NCBI GenBank assembly: GCA_963921275.4
Contig: OZ001293.3
Coordinates: 2,240,001 to 2,304,000, forward strand
Reading direction: 5' to 3'
Source of the DNA: an uncultured Hormoscilla sp.
GTDB lineage: Bacteria > Cyanobacteriota > Cyanobacteriia > Cyanobacteriales > Desertifilaceae
DNA: 64,000 bases
Made by a program: the position numbers and the translations under genes. This document shows positions 45,098 through 57,657 of the stretch, piece by piece (the first letter of the stretch is position 1; each line of letters starts with the position of its first letter). Under the pieces are notes generated by a model that worked only from the letters and a program-made list of their open reading frames with translations, did not search any database and had not been told where the DNA came from.

Positions 45098-48000
45098 TAG
45101 AGTCCAAAGTTTGATAATTTTGTCCCGACTGGCTGAAACTAAGGTTTTACCATCCGGGCTGAAGGTGACGCTACTTACCCAATCACTATGTCCCATCAAG
45201 GTGTTCAGCAACTTACCCTGAAGACTCCAGAGTTTGACCGTGTTGTCCCCACTCCCAGAGGCGATCGTCTCCCCGTCGGGGCTAAAGGCCACAGAGAAAA
45301 CGCTATCATCATGACCTCTGAAGGTGTCGAGCAATTTTCCCGACCGACTCCAAAGTTTCACCGTTTTATCCAAACTAGCTGAGGCAATGCGATCGCCTTG
45401 GGGACTCCATTTTACACTGGTGACCTGATCGCCGTGATCCTTTAAGGTGTTCAGCAATTCGCCGTTGCGTCGCCAGACCTTGATTGTCTTATCCGCACTT
45501 CCCGAGACCAGATACTGCCCGTCGGGACTCCAACTGATACTGGTCACGGGTCCGGCATGTCCTTCTAGGGTTGTCAATAGCTTACCGTCCCGCCGCCAGA
45601 TCTTAACCGTGCCATCCCGACTGGCCGTGGCTATCAGCCGACCATTGGGGCTGAAACTGACAGACAAGACTTCCTCTTTATGCCCCTCTAGCATGATGAA
45701 AGGCTGTAGTTTTTTCTGTTCTTGCAGCAAACTCGATCGCCGCCAGATTTTGACAGTCCCGTCCCAGCTTGCCGAGGCTATCAGTCTGCCATCGGGGCTG
45801 AAACTGACGCTAGTGACCCGATCGCCATGTCCGGACAGGATTTTAATCAATTCACCGTCAGTCCCCCAGAGTTTAATCGTATTATCTGCACTGGCTTAGG
45901 CAATCAGCAGATCGTCTGAACTCCAGCTGACACTATGGATGGGGTCGAGCCGGGAATCGCTTCCCGACCCTCCCTTAAGGAACCGGACTTGCGATTTTCA
46001 CCGCATCCGGCTACTGGGTACTAGGCCCTTTTCATAGGTAGACTTAATAGGAATTACTTCCGTTAGCCCTTGCCGCCTGTCTTTTCTTCCCTTTCCTGGT
46101 TTAGCGAGTGGTTGTTCTGATAACCGTTAGTATCACCATTTTCAAGTCAGTTTTACCAGTTATCCATACCTTATCCTCCACTTGCGTTTCGGATTAGTTC
46201 CGTGGCTTTTTAGGATTACTCATTCCAGCAGCTTCCTAGTATCACCGACCACGTCAGCGCTGGCTACCCAGCATCATCTACATTACTGTAGATGTTATCC
46301 CAGGAATTACCCCGGGCATTCGCTTCTTGGGCCATCCCTCCCCCCGTGGCTTGCGCTTAACATCTAACTTGTCCTGATGGACAGCACACGAGAGGTTACT
46401 TCGTTCCCTAACAACATTTCGCGATACCTTTAGGTCCACACTATACCCCGGGAGCTATTTGAGTACTATATTAGCCAGAGTCTAAAACTAATACTAGCTA
46501 CCATTTCCTTTTTAGGCCAGCGCATATAGCCTTATTTCGCTGGTTCCTTATAACGAGGCTTGCACATGTTTGCCTGCTCTAACCTTGGATATCTTTCCTA
46601 GCGGCGTCACCGGCTTAGGCTGCCAGTTATCCTACATTTGAGTCCTCGCTTAGCACCACGATGATGTCGCTTCGTAGCACCGAGGACCGGTGTCACCCCC
46701 GTACCTGGGGGGAGGGGAATTTAACCCCCATGCGGTCAGAGTTCCCGGCTAATGAAACCGGGCTAGCGTTCCGTGTTTGACCACGTTAGGCTAGAACGAA
46801 TCGCACAAACTCCATGAGTATGACCCTGCAAACGGTTGCGCTCTTTGATTTTATATACCGCCTCTTGGAGAGCCGTCTGCACCCGGTCCTTTGTCTGAAC
46901 ATCTGCCCAGTTGCTGGCATCCAGTTTCTTGGCAGCCCGTATCCCTTTTTGCAATGCATCCAGCTGTTTATGGGAGGCGAACAATGCTTATGAGGATGCA
47001 CTCACTGCTTTAATTTCGTTGATTACCGCTTGTCTGAATTGAGATACGGCTTGAAATGTTGAGCCCGCTAAGGTCAATATTACTACCACTGAACCAGCTA
47101 GGGCTAGGCGAAGAAAATTCTGGCGCTGCTTGTCACTTTGCCTGTGCTTTTGCTTCGCGTCTGCCAGGGCGGCCAGTAACTCTTTTTCTTGGCGCAGTTG
47201 TTCCAGCCGAACATAGCTGAGTTCTTCCCGCTTTCGCGCTGCTGACAATTCTGCTAATGACCCATTTTTATCGTTCTCTTTACTCTGGGAAATATATGTT
47301 TCTAGGTCTTCTTGCAGGATTTTATAGCGTTCGTCTGCCAGTTCCGCTAACATCGCTATTTCCTGACGCATTTTTTCTATATACTGATGATTTTCTGCTT
47401 CTTTTTGCCTCAACTCATCCCGTTCTTTCTTTAAGACAACGTCTTCTTGCTGTTGGATAAATTTCCCTAAATAATCATGAACTAGCTGATAGCGCGGGGC
47501 TGCCAATTCCGGAATTAAAGATACTAAACCCGAGCCAACTAAAATATCTAAGATTAAATTGAGTTGCTCCGTATTTGCCAAGTCTGCTGCTAACTCCGCC
47601 CGACTTTTCAGGGGACGATTACCATTTTCATCAGTCAGCAAATACAATACTCGTCTCGCCAGGGGTTGATTTTCTGTGCCGCAGTCCTTGACTAGCTGTT
47701 CTAAAAATCGCTCCACCAGTCTTTGCTTCGGTCCCGATCGCCGATACATGGCCAGAGTGGTAATGTTCTCTGCTTGCAGTTGATATCCCACTACCTGTAA
47801 CTCTATGGGGCGGACTTCTCTCCTTTCTCCTGCTAAGTCCTCGACTAATTCCTTAATCAGAGAGTCTTCTAATTCAAAGTTAGCTTTCTTAGTTAAGCTT
47901 TCGATCACTTCATAGGCATCCTGTGGCGATAAATTACCCAAAGGGTATCTATTGTTTTTATCTAGCAAGTTGCAGTTAATTTCCTCTAAGTCCATCTGCC

Positions 48001-50141
48001 TTTCAAGTTCTAATAAGTTGTGCAGATAATCTTCTCGGATGGAAATGATGACTTTCAGGCTGGGAATATTTAAACATGCCTGCAAAAACTCGGCAAAATC
48101 TTTTCTCGCTTCTGGGTCCGAGCACACTAAGAATAATTCTTCAAACTGGTCAAAGATGAGGACTGTTAACAGATTTTGCTGTTCGGTCTCTCGTAACAGT
48201 CCCAGAATAGCTGATGTCGAATATAATTTCTCCGGCAATTGGAGAGCGGGAATTTGACCCAGGGCCGCTACCAGAGTTCGGCCTAATACTCCCACCCAAT
48301 CTCTGTAAACTCGCAGAACTACTGGTAATGCTAACCGATCGCCCACAGTATGAGACTTGAGGGTAGGGACTAATCCGGCGGTGACGATGGAGCTTTTACC
48401 GACCCCTGATTGACCGTGAATGACTGTGAGTTTATAATCCGATCGACCGATTCTTTGCAGCAAGCCGTGAAGATCTTGCTGGCGATTGGAAGCGGCGATC
48501 GCTTCGGCCACGCTACCTCGGGATTTAGTTGCGATGTCTCCGGAGTAGTGCGAGTAGCGCTCTCCGGAGACATCGAAGGGTGCCAAGGCCGGGTTAATAG
48601 CATGTCTGGCTGGCAGCAACTGACCGGCACCGATGAAAGCCCGAAATCCATACTGCTGTTCGATGGAACGCTCTTTTTGCTTAATCTCAAAGGCTTCTCG
48701 ATAGCGACCTAAATTAAAATAGAGTAGGCGCAACTCTTTTAACAGGCGCAGGTAACAATCGGGGCCGTAGCGGTGCTCCGTGGCGGCGATCGCGCCTTTT
48801 AATTCCTGACAAGCCAGTTCCAGGTTATCGTCAGCGGCTTGAAACTCAAAGTTGTGCTTTTGGGCCTGGACCAAAATTAATCGCCAGATTTGCTCCCATA
48901 GCAAGCGATATAATTCGTGAGATTGGGCCAGGAGAGAGGTTTGCTCGACTGCTGGCGCCTCAGCGAGGAGATCCAGGGATTTCTGGGCCAGTTGACTAGC
49001 TGAGGCCCATCTCAACTCCCGAGCCGCTATTTTAGCCAGATATCCGTAGTCCAGAGCCAGTTGCAACTGACAGCCATAGGTCTGATGCAACCTCAAAGAC
49101 TTGTAAGTCAGAGATGACAAGGCTTTCCATTCCTCTAGGCTTTGCAGCACCTCCATCAGCCAATAGATAAACTGAGCCACCAAGTCATGACGCCCAACCT
49201 CTTCAAACACCTTCACCGCTTGGTTAAAATAAATCCTAGCTTCCTCCCCTTGGCGGACTGATTCTGTGGGATATCTCTGAGCCTTGCGGAAATGACACCG
49301 CCCCAGATAATATAGCAGCACTGCCGATTTTTCCCGAACAATTGGCTCTAGGCTATTGCTTTTGCGCCAAAACCGCAAGCTTTGACGATAATGCTCTATG
49401 GCTGCATCTATCCGGTCATTGGCCAGGTCATCCTGACCGAAAATAAATTCCAGACTGGCTTGTAGTTCTGGCTCTAAGTTCACCGAACGACGCCGCAATT
49501 CCCGATGGGCCGCATCCAGTTCTAATCGCTGCTGTCCTTGCACCAGTTCACACAGCTTTTTCCTGGTGTTTTGGGTCTGTTTCTCACTAGGATTTGGAGC
49601 TAAAACGTTCGCAAATAGGAAGTTGGCTTTTTGCAGAATTAAATCCTGCAACTGCTCTGTAGCCAGATTTAATTTAATCGGGTTAGCGGCAAAACTGGCG
49701 AAGTCGGGGGCCAACCTGCGTAGTTTTTGCAGTACCTGGTCGTTCACCCACAATACCAGGGGGCATGTCAGCTGTTTTTTCAACTCATCCCGGACAAAAT
49801 TTGTGGCATACAGCAGCTCATCGATCGCCTTTACCGACTCTAAACCCACTACCATCAACGCCGATGGCTTGCCTTTTTATTTCCCTCATGCTTGCCCCGA
49901 TCCTATTGTAAAGACTGGTTGTTTCCGGGAGCAACTCTATAATTTTTATTTCCCCCAGTTCATTTACATCTTCAACCTCGGAACCCAGTTGAGCTAGCAT
50001 GCGCTTGCGCAACTGGGCATAGTTGCAGCGGGCAAAAATCAGGGAAAATTGCCCCTGTCCCAGGGCGATTGCCCTGGCCAGACTCTTTAACGAGCGCTGA
50101 TTATCGACTGTGTTATTCTCTGCTAGTTCCCGTTCAGCCAT
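45098..50141 (-). pseudogene. Large TPR-like / STAND-type NTPase / WD40 protein; frameshifted, intron-interrupted, IS5-truncated
   Basis: GQSGVGKSS, LIFDQFEE, YQLVHDYL motifs and GH..WD repeats. Confidence 0.88.
45937..46806 (-). ncRNA. ORF-less group II intron B copy, in sense orientation within the WD40 gene
   Basis: Removing it restores GHTHGV-Y-SVSWS. Confidence 0.93.
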
Positions 50142-51500
50142 AGTTGGTATTTTTTCGCCTCTGCTAAAGCCGGATTTATCCCGAACCATGATCCTTCCCG
50201 ATCGCGGTATTCATAGACAAACATACTGCGCAACAGGGTTTGGTATTCTTCATCACCGCTGACATTTTGCCTGGTCACCAAATTAAACAGCAGTTCCCAC
50301 TCATCATCTGTAATCGATGATATCAGATAATCTCGGTGTTCGCGAATGACAGTTTCTAAAGAGTCCCTGTCAAAGGGGGGGTCTGCTTGCTGGAGACAGC
50401 TATAGAGCAATCCTAGCAAGTTGCGCACGTGACCGCCACTGATCCGACATAGCCGATCGAGGGTTTCGGGACTGTCAAATAGTTCTGTAATTAAATTCTG
50501 CTGCCCGATCGGGTCTAGCTGGGGAAAAGCCCTGGTCATTACCATTTGCCGGAGGAGATCCATACCCGGCCTGAATTCGCTGCCATCACGCATTTGCACT
50601 GGCACCATCGGCAATACCTTAGGAGTTAACCCACCCCCTAAGCGATTTTTGAGTGTTTCCGCATCATTGGAGAACACCAAGGACAAGGGGATGGTGTAAA
50701 CCACATGGCAGGCAAGTTGCCGTAACTGTTGTCCCCGATCGATAAACAAATATTCTGGCAGCAAGCGTCCGCTGGCCGTGCGTTTATTATTCACCCGATC
50801 GAGGTTGTCTACAAGCATCACAAGTCCTTTTTTACCCTGGCGGGCGAGTTCCTTGGTCGCCTGATCGAAAATTTCTTGATTGATGGTTTGCAAAATTATA
50901 TTAGTCCGAGGTTCCAACCAATTTCTCAAGCGCTGCCGCAAGGCCGGACTTTCTTTGGTTGTCGCGGTAATTTGACCAATTCCTCCCGGGAGGGAAAATC
51001 CCAATTCCTCACTGCCTGCTGTAATTTCACCCACTCCGGGCACCCCAATCGAAGCCTTCAATTCGATCGGCGTTTGCAAAAAATCTGCCGCATCTTTCAG
51101 CAAATTCTTGAACCCTCGGGGCCGCAAGCTGATTTTCAGCAGCTCTAGGTTTTCACTCACCTGACGGGCGATCGCCAGTAAGATATCGGTCACATCTACA
51201 TCGGCCATGTCCAAGTCTTGAGAGGACTCAAAATAAATCACGTGGAAGCCCCGTTCTTCTAACTCAGCAGAGAGCCGCAGCAATTCTGTAGACTTACCAC
51301 AGCCGATATGTCCTGTAAACAACTGGCAGGTAGGTCGGTCTGGGGACAGGGTGGTGATGGTGCGGCTCAATGCCTTGATGATCTTACCACCTCTGACTGA
51401 GGCAAAATCGATATAATATTGTCGTTCCTCGGGCATTTCCCATAGCTAGGGGTTTGCTCGGATTACATGCGGCATAGAATCTTGGTAAATCTAATCCCAT
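50123..51500 (-). CDS. P-loop ATP-binding protein (partner of the WD40 gene), frameshift near the start
   Basis: FTGHIGCGKSTE, LVDNLDR, SGGHVRNL motifs. The first ~22 codons are in another frame. Confidence 0.85.
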
Positions 51501-51544
51501 AACTACTCCTTGCTGTAAATCACTCTCCATTGCACCCATGCTAC

Positions 51545-51757
51545 CTATTCGGGACAAGTTCCTAACCAGCGGCATTGTTCTGTCTGCTCATCTCTAGCCG
51601 CTATAATCATACGGGCTGCCAGCTCAGGGGGCTGTTCGGCGGCGGCGCTCCCAGAACGGCTGGCGAATGCGCTGTCGGCATGTGTCAAGGTCAACTTGGC
51701 ACCAGTCACGAATAGAGGTAATGCCATAAGCAGCATCAAAAGAGTTCTCTTATACAT
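51545..51757 (-). CDS. Small putative exported protein
   Basis: Signal-like N-terminus and C-terminal CRWLGTC. Confidence 0.5.
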   Translation of the reverse strand: MYKRTLLMLLMALPLFVTGAKLTLTHADSAFASRSGSAAAEQPPELAARMIIAARDEQTEQCRWLGTCPE

Positions 51758-52015
51758 ATAACCTTCACCGTGAATATTAGCGGCTCCTAATTCCTTCATT
51801 ATTTTTTCTTTCTGCTAACCTTCCTGTTAATCAGGACAGGTATTATTATCTAGATAGTTTCTTCAGAGATCCTGTCATAGGGTTTACCCAACCAAGAAAA
51901 AGCAGCGAATCTGGTAAAATATGTTACCTAATTTCATATGTGGGGTCACGGTCCCCGAGTTACCCCGATCTGTGACACTATAAAGAAATGTTCACCTATC
52001 GAGCAGCCGAAATCT

Positions 52016-53154
52016 ATGCACCATTACGACTCTCTCCAGCTTGTCATGTTTAGCGGCAAGGGGGGTGTGGGGAAAACCACCTTATCCAGTGGGTTTGCAC
52101 GTCGATGGGCCCAGCAGTTTCCCGACGAGCAGATCCTGCTACTGTCTGCGGACCCGGCCCATTCCCTGAGGGATGTGTTGCTGCTGAAGGTTGACAATAC
52201 GCCTCGTCCCTTGGCGGATTTGCCGAACCTGACTGTCAGGGCCCTGGATGCCGATCGCGGCAGCGCGGCGCCAGCCGTGCAGTTGCTGGAGGAGTTCAAA
52301 AACCGCTACGGAGAGGTTTTGCAGCAACTGGTGGAACGGGGCAGCTTTGCGGAAGCCTCAGACTTGACTCCGGCGTGGGATTTGAGCTGGCCGGGACTGG
52401 ATGAGTTGATTAATATTTTGGAGATTCAACGCCTGTTGACGGAGAAGGTGGTAGACCGAGTGGTGGTAGATATGGCTCCCAGCGGTCATGCGACTGCTTT
52501 GCTGGGCCTGATGGATTTTTTGGATACTTTGTTGCAGGCATTGGACCTCTTTCAAGAAAAGCATCGATCGATCGCCAAGGCCTTTACCGGGCGCTATAGC
52601 CCGGATGCAGCGGATGATTTCCTCGAACAGATGCAGCAGGAGTTAACCTCTGGACGAGAGCTGTTACAGGATGGACAGCGTACTACCTGCTTAGTAGTTA
52701 GTATAGCAGAGCAGATGAGCTGGCTGGAAACTAAAAGATTTCTTGAGTCCCTGCAACAGCTACAGATTGCTTCTGGGGGCTTGTTGATCAATAGGGTTGT
52801 CGATGAGGGCCTATCTGCCAGAGAGGGCGATCGCTACAGCGAACAGCAACAGCTCTTACAAGATTTTATCACTCTGGCAGGCTCGCGCCCGGTCTTTACT
52901 GCACCTCAGCAGCCTGCCGAACCCTTGGGAGGAGAAGCCCTAGACCAGCTTGGAGATCAAGTTCAAAGGATCGAGGCCGGAATTTCCCTGCCAACAGCAG
53001 CGCCCGTGGTGGAATGGCCGGAAAAAATCCCCCCTGGTTTGAGCGATTTTGTCGCTGAAGGTCGCCGCTTAATCATTGTCGGCGGGAAAGGGGGCGTTGG
53101 CAAAACTACTGTATCGGCGGCGATCGCCTGGGGTCTGGCCCAAGGGCATCCGGA
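52016..53154 (+). pseudogene. ArsA/Get3-family ATPase, truncated in the second domain
   Basis: Two GKGGVGKT motifs, DPAHSL, DMAPSGH. Confidence 0.87.
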
Positions 53155-53300
53155 CGATTGCTCAGATGCTGCATTGTCATAAGAATACAGTGTCTGAACT
53201 GCGCAAACGGTTGGTGGAAAAGGGCTTGGCCGCAGCGCTGCAAAGGAAGAAACTCCAGACACCACCCAGACCACGGCTTTTTGATGGCGTGATGAATCGC
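53155..53300 (+). mobile_element. IS630-like HTH fragment
   Basis: IAQMLHCHKNTV..RKRLVEKGL..ALQRK..PRLFDG. Confidence 0.7.
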
Positions 53301-53309
53301 ACTGGCCTG

Positions 53310-53858
53310 GTGCGATTCGTTCAGTGTAAACCACCGGTGAACCAATCGAGGGACACCGGTGGGGGACCACTGGCAGGGTATCATTAGCCCTGATAACTTC
53401 TAGACGATGGTGGTGAAAGCCCACCCCTCCAAGTGCAGGAGTGACAGCACTTACCCCACGGTAGCGATGGCATCAATCCGTGAAGCGGGAATGAAAAGCG
53501 CTCTAACTGATAGACTCCAGAGGTTACTGGTAAGCTCCCGGGCTGCCAAATGTCTAGCGGTACGACGGGTAACGCTAGACAACCAGGGAAAGAAAACCGC
53601 CGGTGTGGATGGTGTAAAATCACTGACCCCAGAGCAAAGACTAGAACTGGTAGGACAAATTGAAATCTCAAATAAGGCTAGGCCTACACGTCGTGTATGG
53701 ATTCCTAAGCCAGGGAGAAATGAAAAGCGGCCATTAGGAATACCCACGATGCACGACCGCGCGACTCAAGGGCTCCTTAAGATTGCGCTCGAACCCGAAT
53801 GGGAAGCGTATATGGAAGGGAACTCATACGGATTCAGACCGGGTCGGGGATGCCACGG
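53310..53858 (+). mobile_element. Deleted RT-encoding group II intron F
   Basis: GTGCG start homologous to intron E. About 200 nt of DI is fused directly to an RT N-terminal fragment (TAGVDG, RPLGIP, YGFRPGRGCH). Confidence 0.88.
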
Positions 53859-54130
53859 CACACAGGAGACATCGAGGAAAAGTTGCTTATCCGATGTACT
53901 CTGCGCGCTTGATGTCCCCCGGATGCACGGCGAAACCCGGGGGACATCATAATCGCACTACGCAGAGCACATCGGAGAGTAATCAGGTAGGGGAGTCATG
54001 TCGATATTCTCAAAAATGTGGTATATTTTGGGTTACTCTTCCATTTGTCTATTGACTTTGTCACAGACTCAGTTCATAATCAAAAGTTGAACTCGTGGTT
54101 TTTGTTTATTTTGAGTAGAGGAGAATAAAA

Positions 54131-54493
54131 TTGAAAAAGCTACTTGCAATTATTCTGGCCGTAGCACTGTTTACCTTTTCCCTGAGCAGTCCCGCCCTTG
54201 CCGCCAGCTGTGAGGTAGACGCTTCCTATCCAGCCGGTATTGCTGCTAAGGGTGCCAAAACATTTAATTCCAAATGTATTGCCTGCCATGCTGGTGGTAA
54301 AAACAACGTTAAGAAGGAAAAAACCCTAGAGAAAGATGCGTTGCAGAAGTACGAAATGTATGATGCCATGAAAATTATCACCCAGGTGAAATGTGGCAAA
54401 GGTGCCATGCCAGCCTTGGGCAAGAGGTGGAAGCCGCAGAATCTCGCAAATATCGCTGCCTATGTGCTAGAGCAAGCCGATCAAGGCTGGTAG
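54131..54493 (+). CDS. petJ: Cytochrome c6-like protein
   Basis: Signal peptide, CIACH heme motif, KTLEKDAL, GAMP. Confidence 0.85.
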   Translation: MKKLLAIILAVALFTFSLSSPALAASCEVDASYPAGIAAKGAKTFNSKCIACHAGGKNNVKKEKTLEKDALQKYEMYDAMKIITQVKCGKGAMPALGKRWKPQNLANIAAYVLEQADQGW

Positions 54494-54644
54494 TAATAGC
54501 TATGGCGATCGTCGCTAATGGTGAAGCGAAAGGCTTCGGCTGACTGCTGACGGCTTCATCAGTATTGACAGGAGGGTTGGCAGTTGACCGGCGAAGACAT
54601 GAACGGTTAACTGTCAACCCTCCACTGTTGGCGTTGTACAGATG

Positions 54645-54793
54645 GGGTGCATCCCAGTTTTGCTTCTTGAGAATTGCAAATTGCTTCTTGAGAATTGAGA
54701 ATTAAGCGATTTTCCATTCGACCTAGCGCACTGCGTATATGCTATTCGCAATTAGCAGTATTTAATGCAAAAAGGCAAAAGTGAGATGCTCCC
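54645..54793. mobile_element. 149-bp MITE with ISKra4-like ends
   Basis: GGGTGCATCCCAGTTTTGC / GCAAAAGTGAGATGCTCCC ends flanked by an 8-bp duplication TACAGATG. Confidence 0.88.
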
Positions 54794-55058
54794 TACAGAT
54801 GTGGATGATGTTGCGACGAGGCTAATTCAAAATTCAGAATTGCTAACTCATATATTTAGCCAGATATAGATATTTCTCACCTGAAACGATGCTGGTCACA
54901 GGGCGACTGGGTTGTGCTGCGGAGCGCTCGGCATGGTACTGTTGGGCATGGTACGTTACGATCTCCGATACGATCATCTATTGACATGACGCGATATAAT
55001 ATCTTATCACCCATGTCAAGTGATACTGTCGCTCGGATTTGACGAGAGGAGAACAATA

Positions 55059-55427
55059 TTGAAAAAGCTACTTGCAGTTATACTGTTGGGTGTAGTACTG
55101 TTTACTCTGGCCCTAGGCTCTCAGGCGATCGCCGCTGTCGAATGTCCGCCAGACTTAGCCAACTTCCCCAAGGGCGATGCCGCTGCCGGTGCACAAGTAT
55201 TCGGCGGCAAATGTGTTGCCTGTCATAGAAATGGTGGCAATATCGTTAAACGGAATAAGACTCTCAAGAAAGCTGCCTTGGAAAAGTATAACATGTATTC
55301 TGCCAAGGCAATTATCACGCAGGTGACCTGTGGCAAAGGTGTTATGCCACAGTTTGGCAAGCAGTTTACTGAAGAGCAGATCGCAAATGTCGCTGCCTAT
55401 GTGCTACAGCAGGCTGATAAGTGGTAA
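55059..55427 (+). CDS. petJ: Second cytochrome c6-like protein
   Basis: GAGGAG ribosome-binding site plus TTG start, CVACH, KTLKKAAL, GVMP. Confidence 0.85.
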   Translation: MKKLLAVILLGVVLFTLALGSQAIAAVECPPDLANFPKGDAAAGAQVFGGKCVACHRNGGNIVKRNKTLKKAALEKYNMYSAKAIITQVTCGKGVMPQFGKQFTEEQIANVAAYVLQQADKW

Positions 55428-55554
55428 TCGCTAATCTAAGCCAAGGCTCGTGATTAAATAAAGGTAATATATCATAATATTACTCTGATCTCAAGCAACT
55501 TTAGGTTGGGTAACGCGGGACAACCCAACCTACTAATGTTGTAGCAAAGTACAT

Positions 55555-55872
55555 TTAAATTAAGCCTTGCAAGCGCCCCATCAGCTGTTCGGCTCGGAGG
55601 ACGCCCTCGATTTTATCAACTGGCTGGCCGTTTTGGAACAGGACCAGGGTTGGCAACGTCTCAATTTTATACTGAGAAGCTAACTGGTTATATTTATCGG
55701 TGTCGATTTTTACTATCTGCAGGCGATCTCCCATCTGTGCGTTCACCTGCTCGAGAATTTTTGCCATCATATGACAAGGCCCGCACCAGGTGGCGTAAAA
55801 ATCTACCAAGACTGGCTTCTCGGACTCGGCGATTAAGACCTGAAAACTGTTGAATTGCTTTTTAACTGCCAT
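55555..55872 (-). CDS. trxA: Thioredoxin
   Basis: WCGPC active site. Confidence 0.92.
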   Translation of the reverse strand: MAVKKQFNSFQVLIAESEKPVLVDFYATWCGPCHMMAKILEQVNAQMGDRLQIVKIDTDKYNQLASQYKIETLPTLVLFQNGQPVDKIEGVLRAEQLMGRLQGLI

Positions 55873-56019
55873 TTGACTTGCAAATTGAAATTGGGAATAG
55901 AAAATTTGGGAGAATTGACATACATGGGGGACGTCCGGAGAAGGCAACCCACAACTGACAACGAATGAGAAAGAATGAAGTCTATAACTTGATTATAGTG
56001 CAAAATTACTCGAACCTAG

Positions 56020-56799
<780 letters not shown>

Positions 56800-56876
56800 G
56801 TCCCTGAGCATCCCATCCCCTCGTTCCCAGTCTCAGACTGGGAACGAAATAAAAATCTCGAACATAATGAAAAGAA

Positions 56877-57290
56877 ATGGAACCAACGATCGCTCTGATT
56901 GCCCACGACAGCCAAAAAGAGAATATCGTTGCCAATGCCCAAGCAACATGCTTTGGTGCTTTCCCGTTATAAATTGATAGCGACAGGCACCACGGGACAA
57001 AAAATTCAACAAGGAACGGGGTTAGAGGTTTCCCTTATGCTGCCCGGTTCTCAAGGGGGAGACGTGCAAATTGCTGCTGAAGTTACTACAGGTAATGTGA
57101 TGGCTGCGATCTTTCTGATTGACCCCACCAGACCTCTATGTCTCCGTATCGGTGCTCTGCGTAGTGCTTCTAGCGCGCGTAGAGCACATCGGGAGTAGTG
57201 TTTTTAGCGCTCTGGTGGAGACATCGAAAACCCCAGGAACCAGATATATCGACATTGCTGCACATCTGTAACTTGCATAATGTCCCAGCT
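56877..57290 (+). pseudogene. mgsA: Methylglyoxal synthase
   Basis: IALIAHD, ATGTTG, GGDVQI, EPDI..L..ICNLHNVP motifs, broken by frameshifts and repeats. Confidence 0.82.
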
Positions 57291-57535
57291 GTGTTCCCCG
57301 GTCGCTCGATGTCTCCTGGTCGCTCGATGTTCCCCAGTCGCTCGATATCTCTTGGTCACTCGATGTCCTCCGGGAGCTCGACGTCTTCTGGGGCGAGGTA
57401 TGTCCCGGGTAGTGCGATTAGCGCTCCCGGGACATACCTCGCGCTAATTGCACTACCCAGAAGACATCGTAACCGCACAAAAGGGGGGACATCGTAGTCG
57501 CACTACCCAAGAGACATCGTAATCGCACGTTCCCA
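57290..57535. repeat. Multiply nested palindromic elements
   Basis: Stacked CGATGTC left arms followed by stacked GACATCG right arms. Confidence 0.85.
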
Positions 57536-57657
57536 GGCAGAGACGGTGAAACAGGATAACAGTAGACTACTCTTAACATGACCGGTTGTTCCCTAATGTT
57601 TTTGTTTTGTTTAGGGGAACGGGGTCTCGTTGTGCTTAACGCGGTCTCGTTGTGCTT

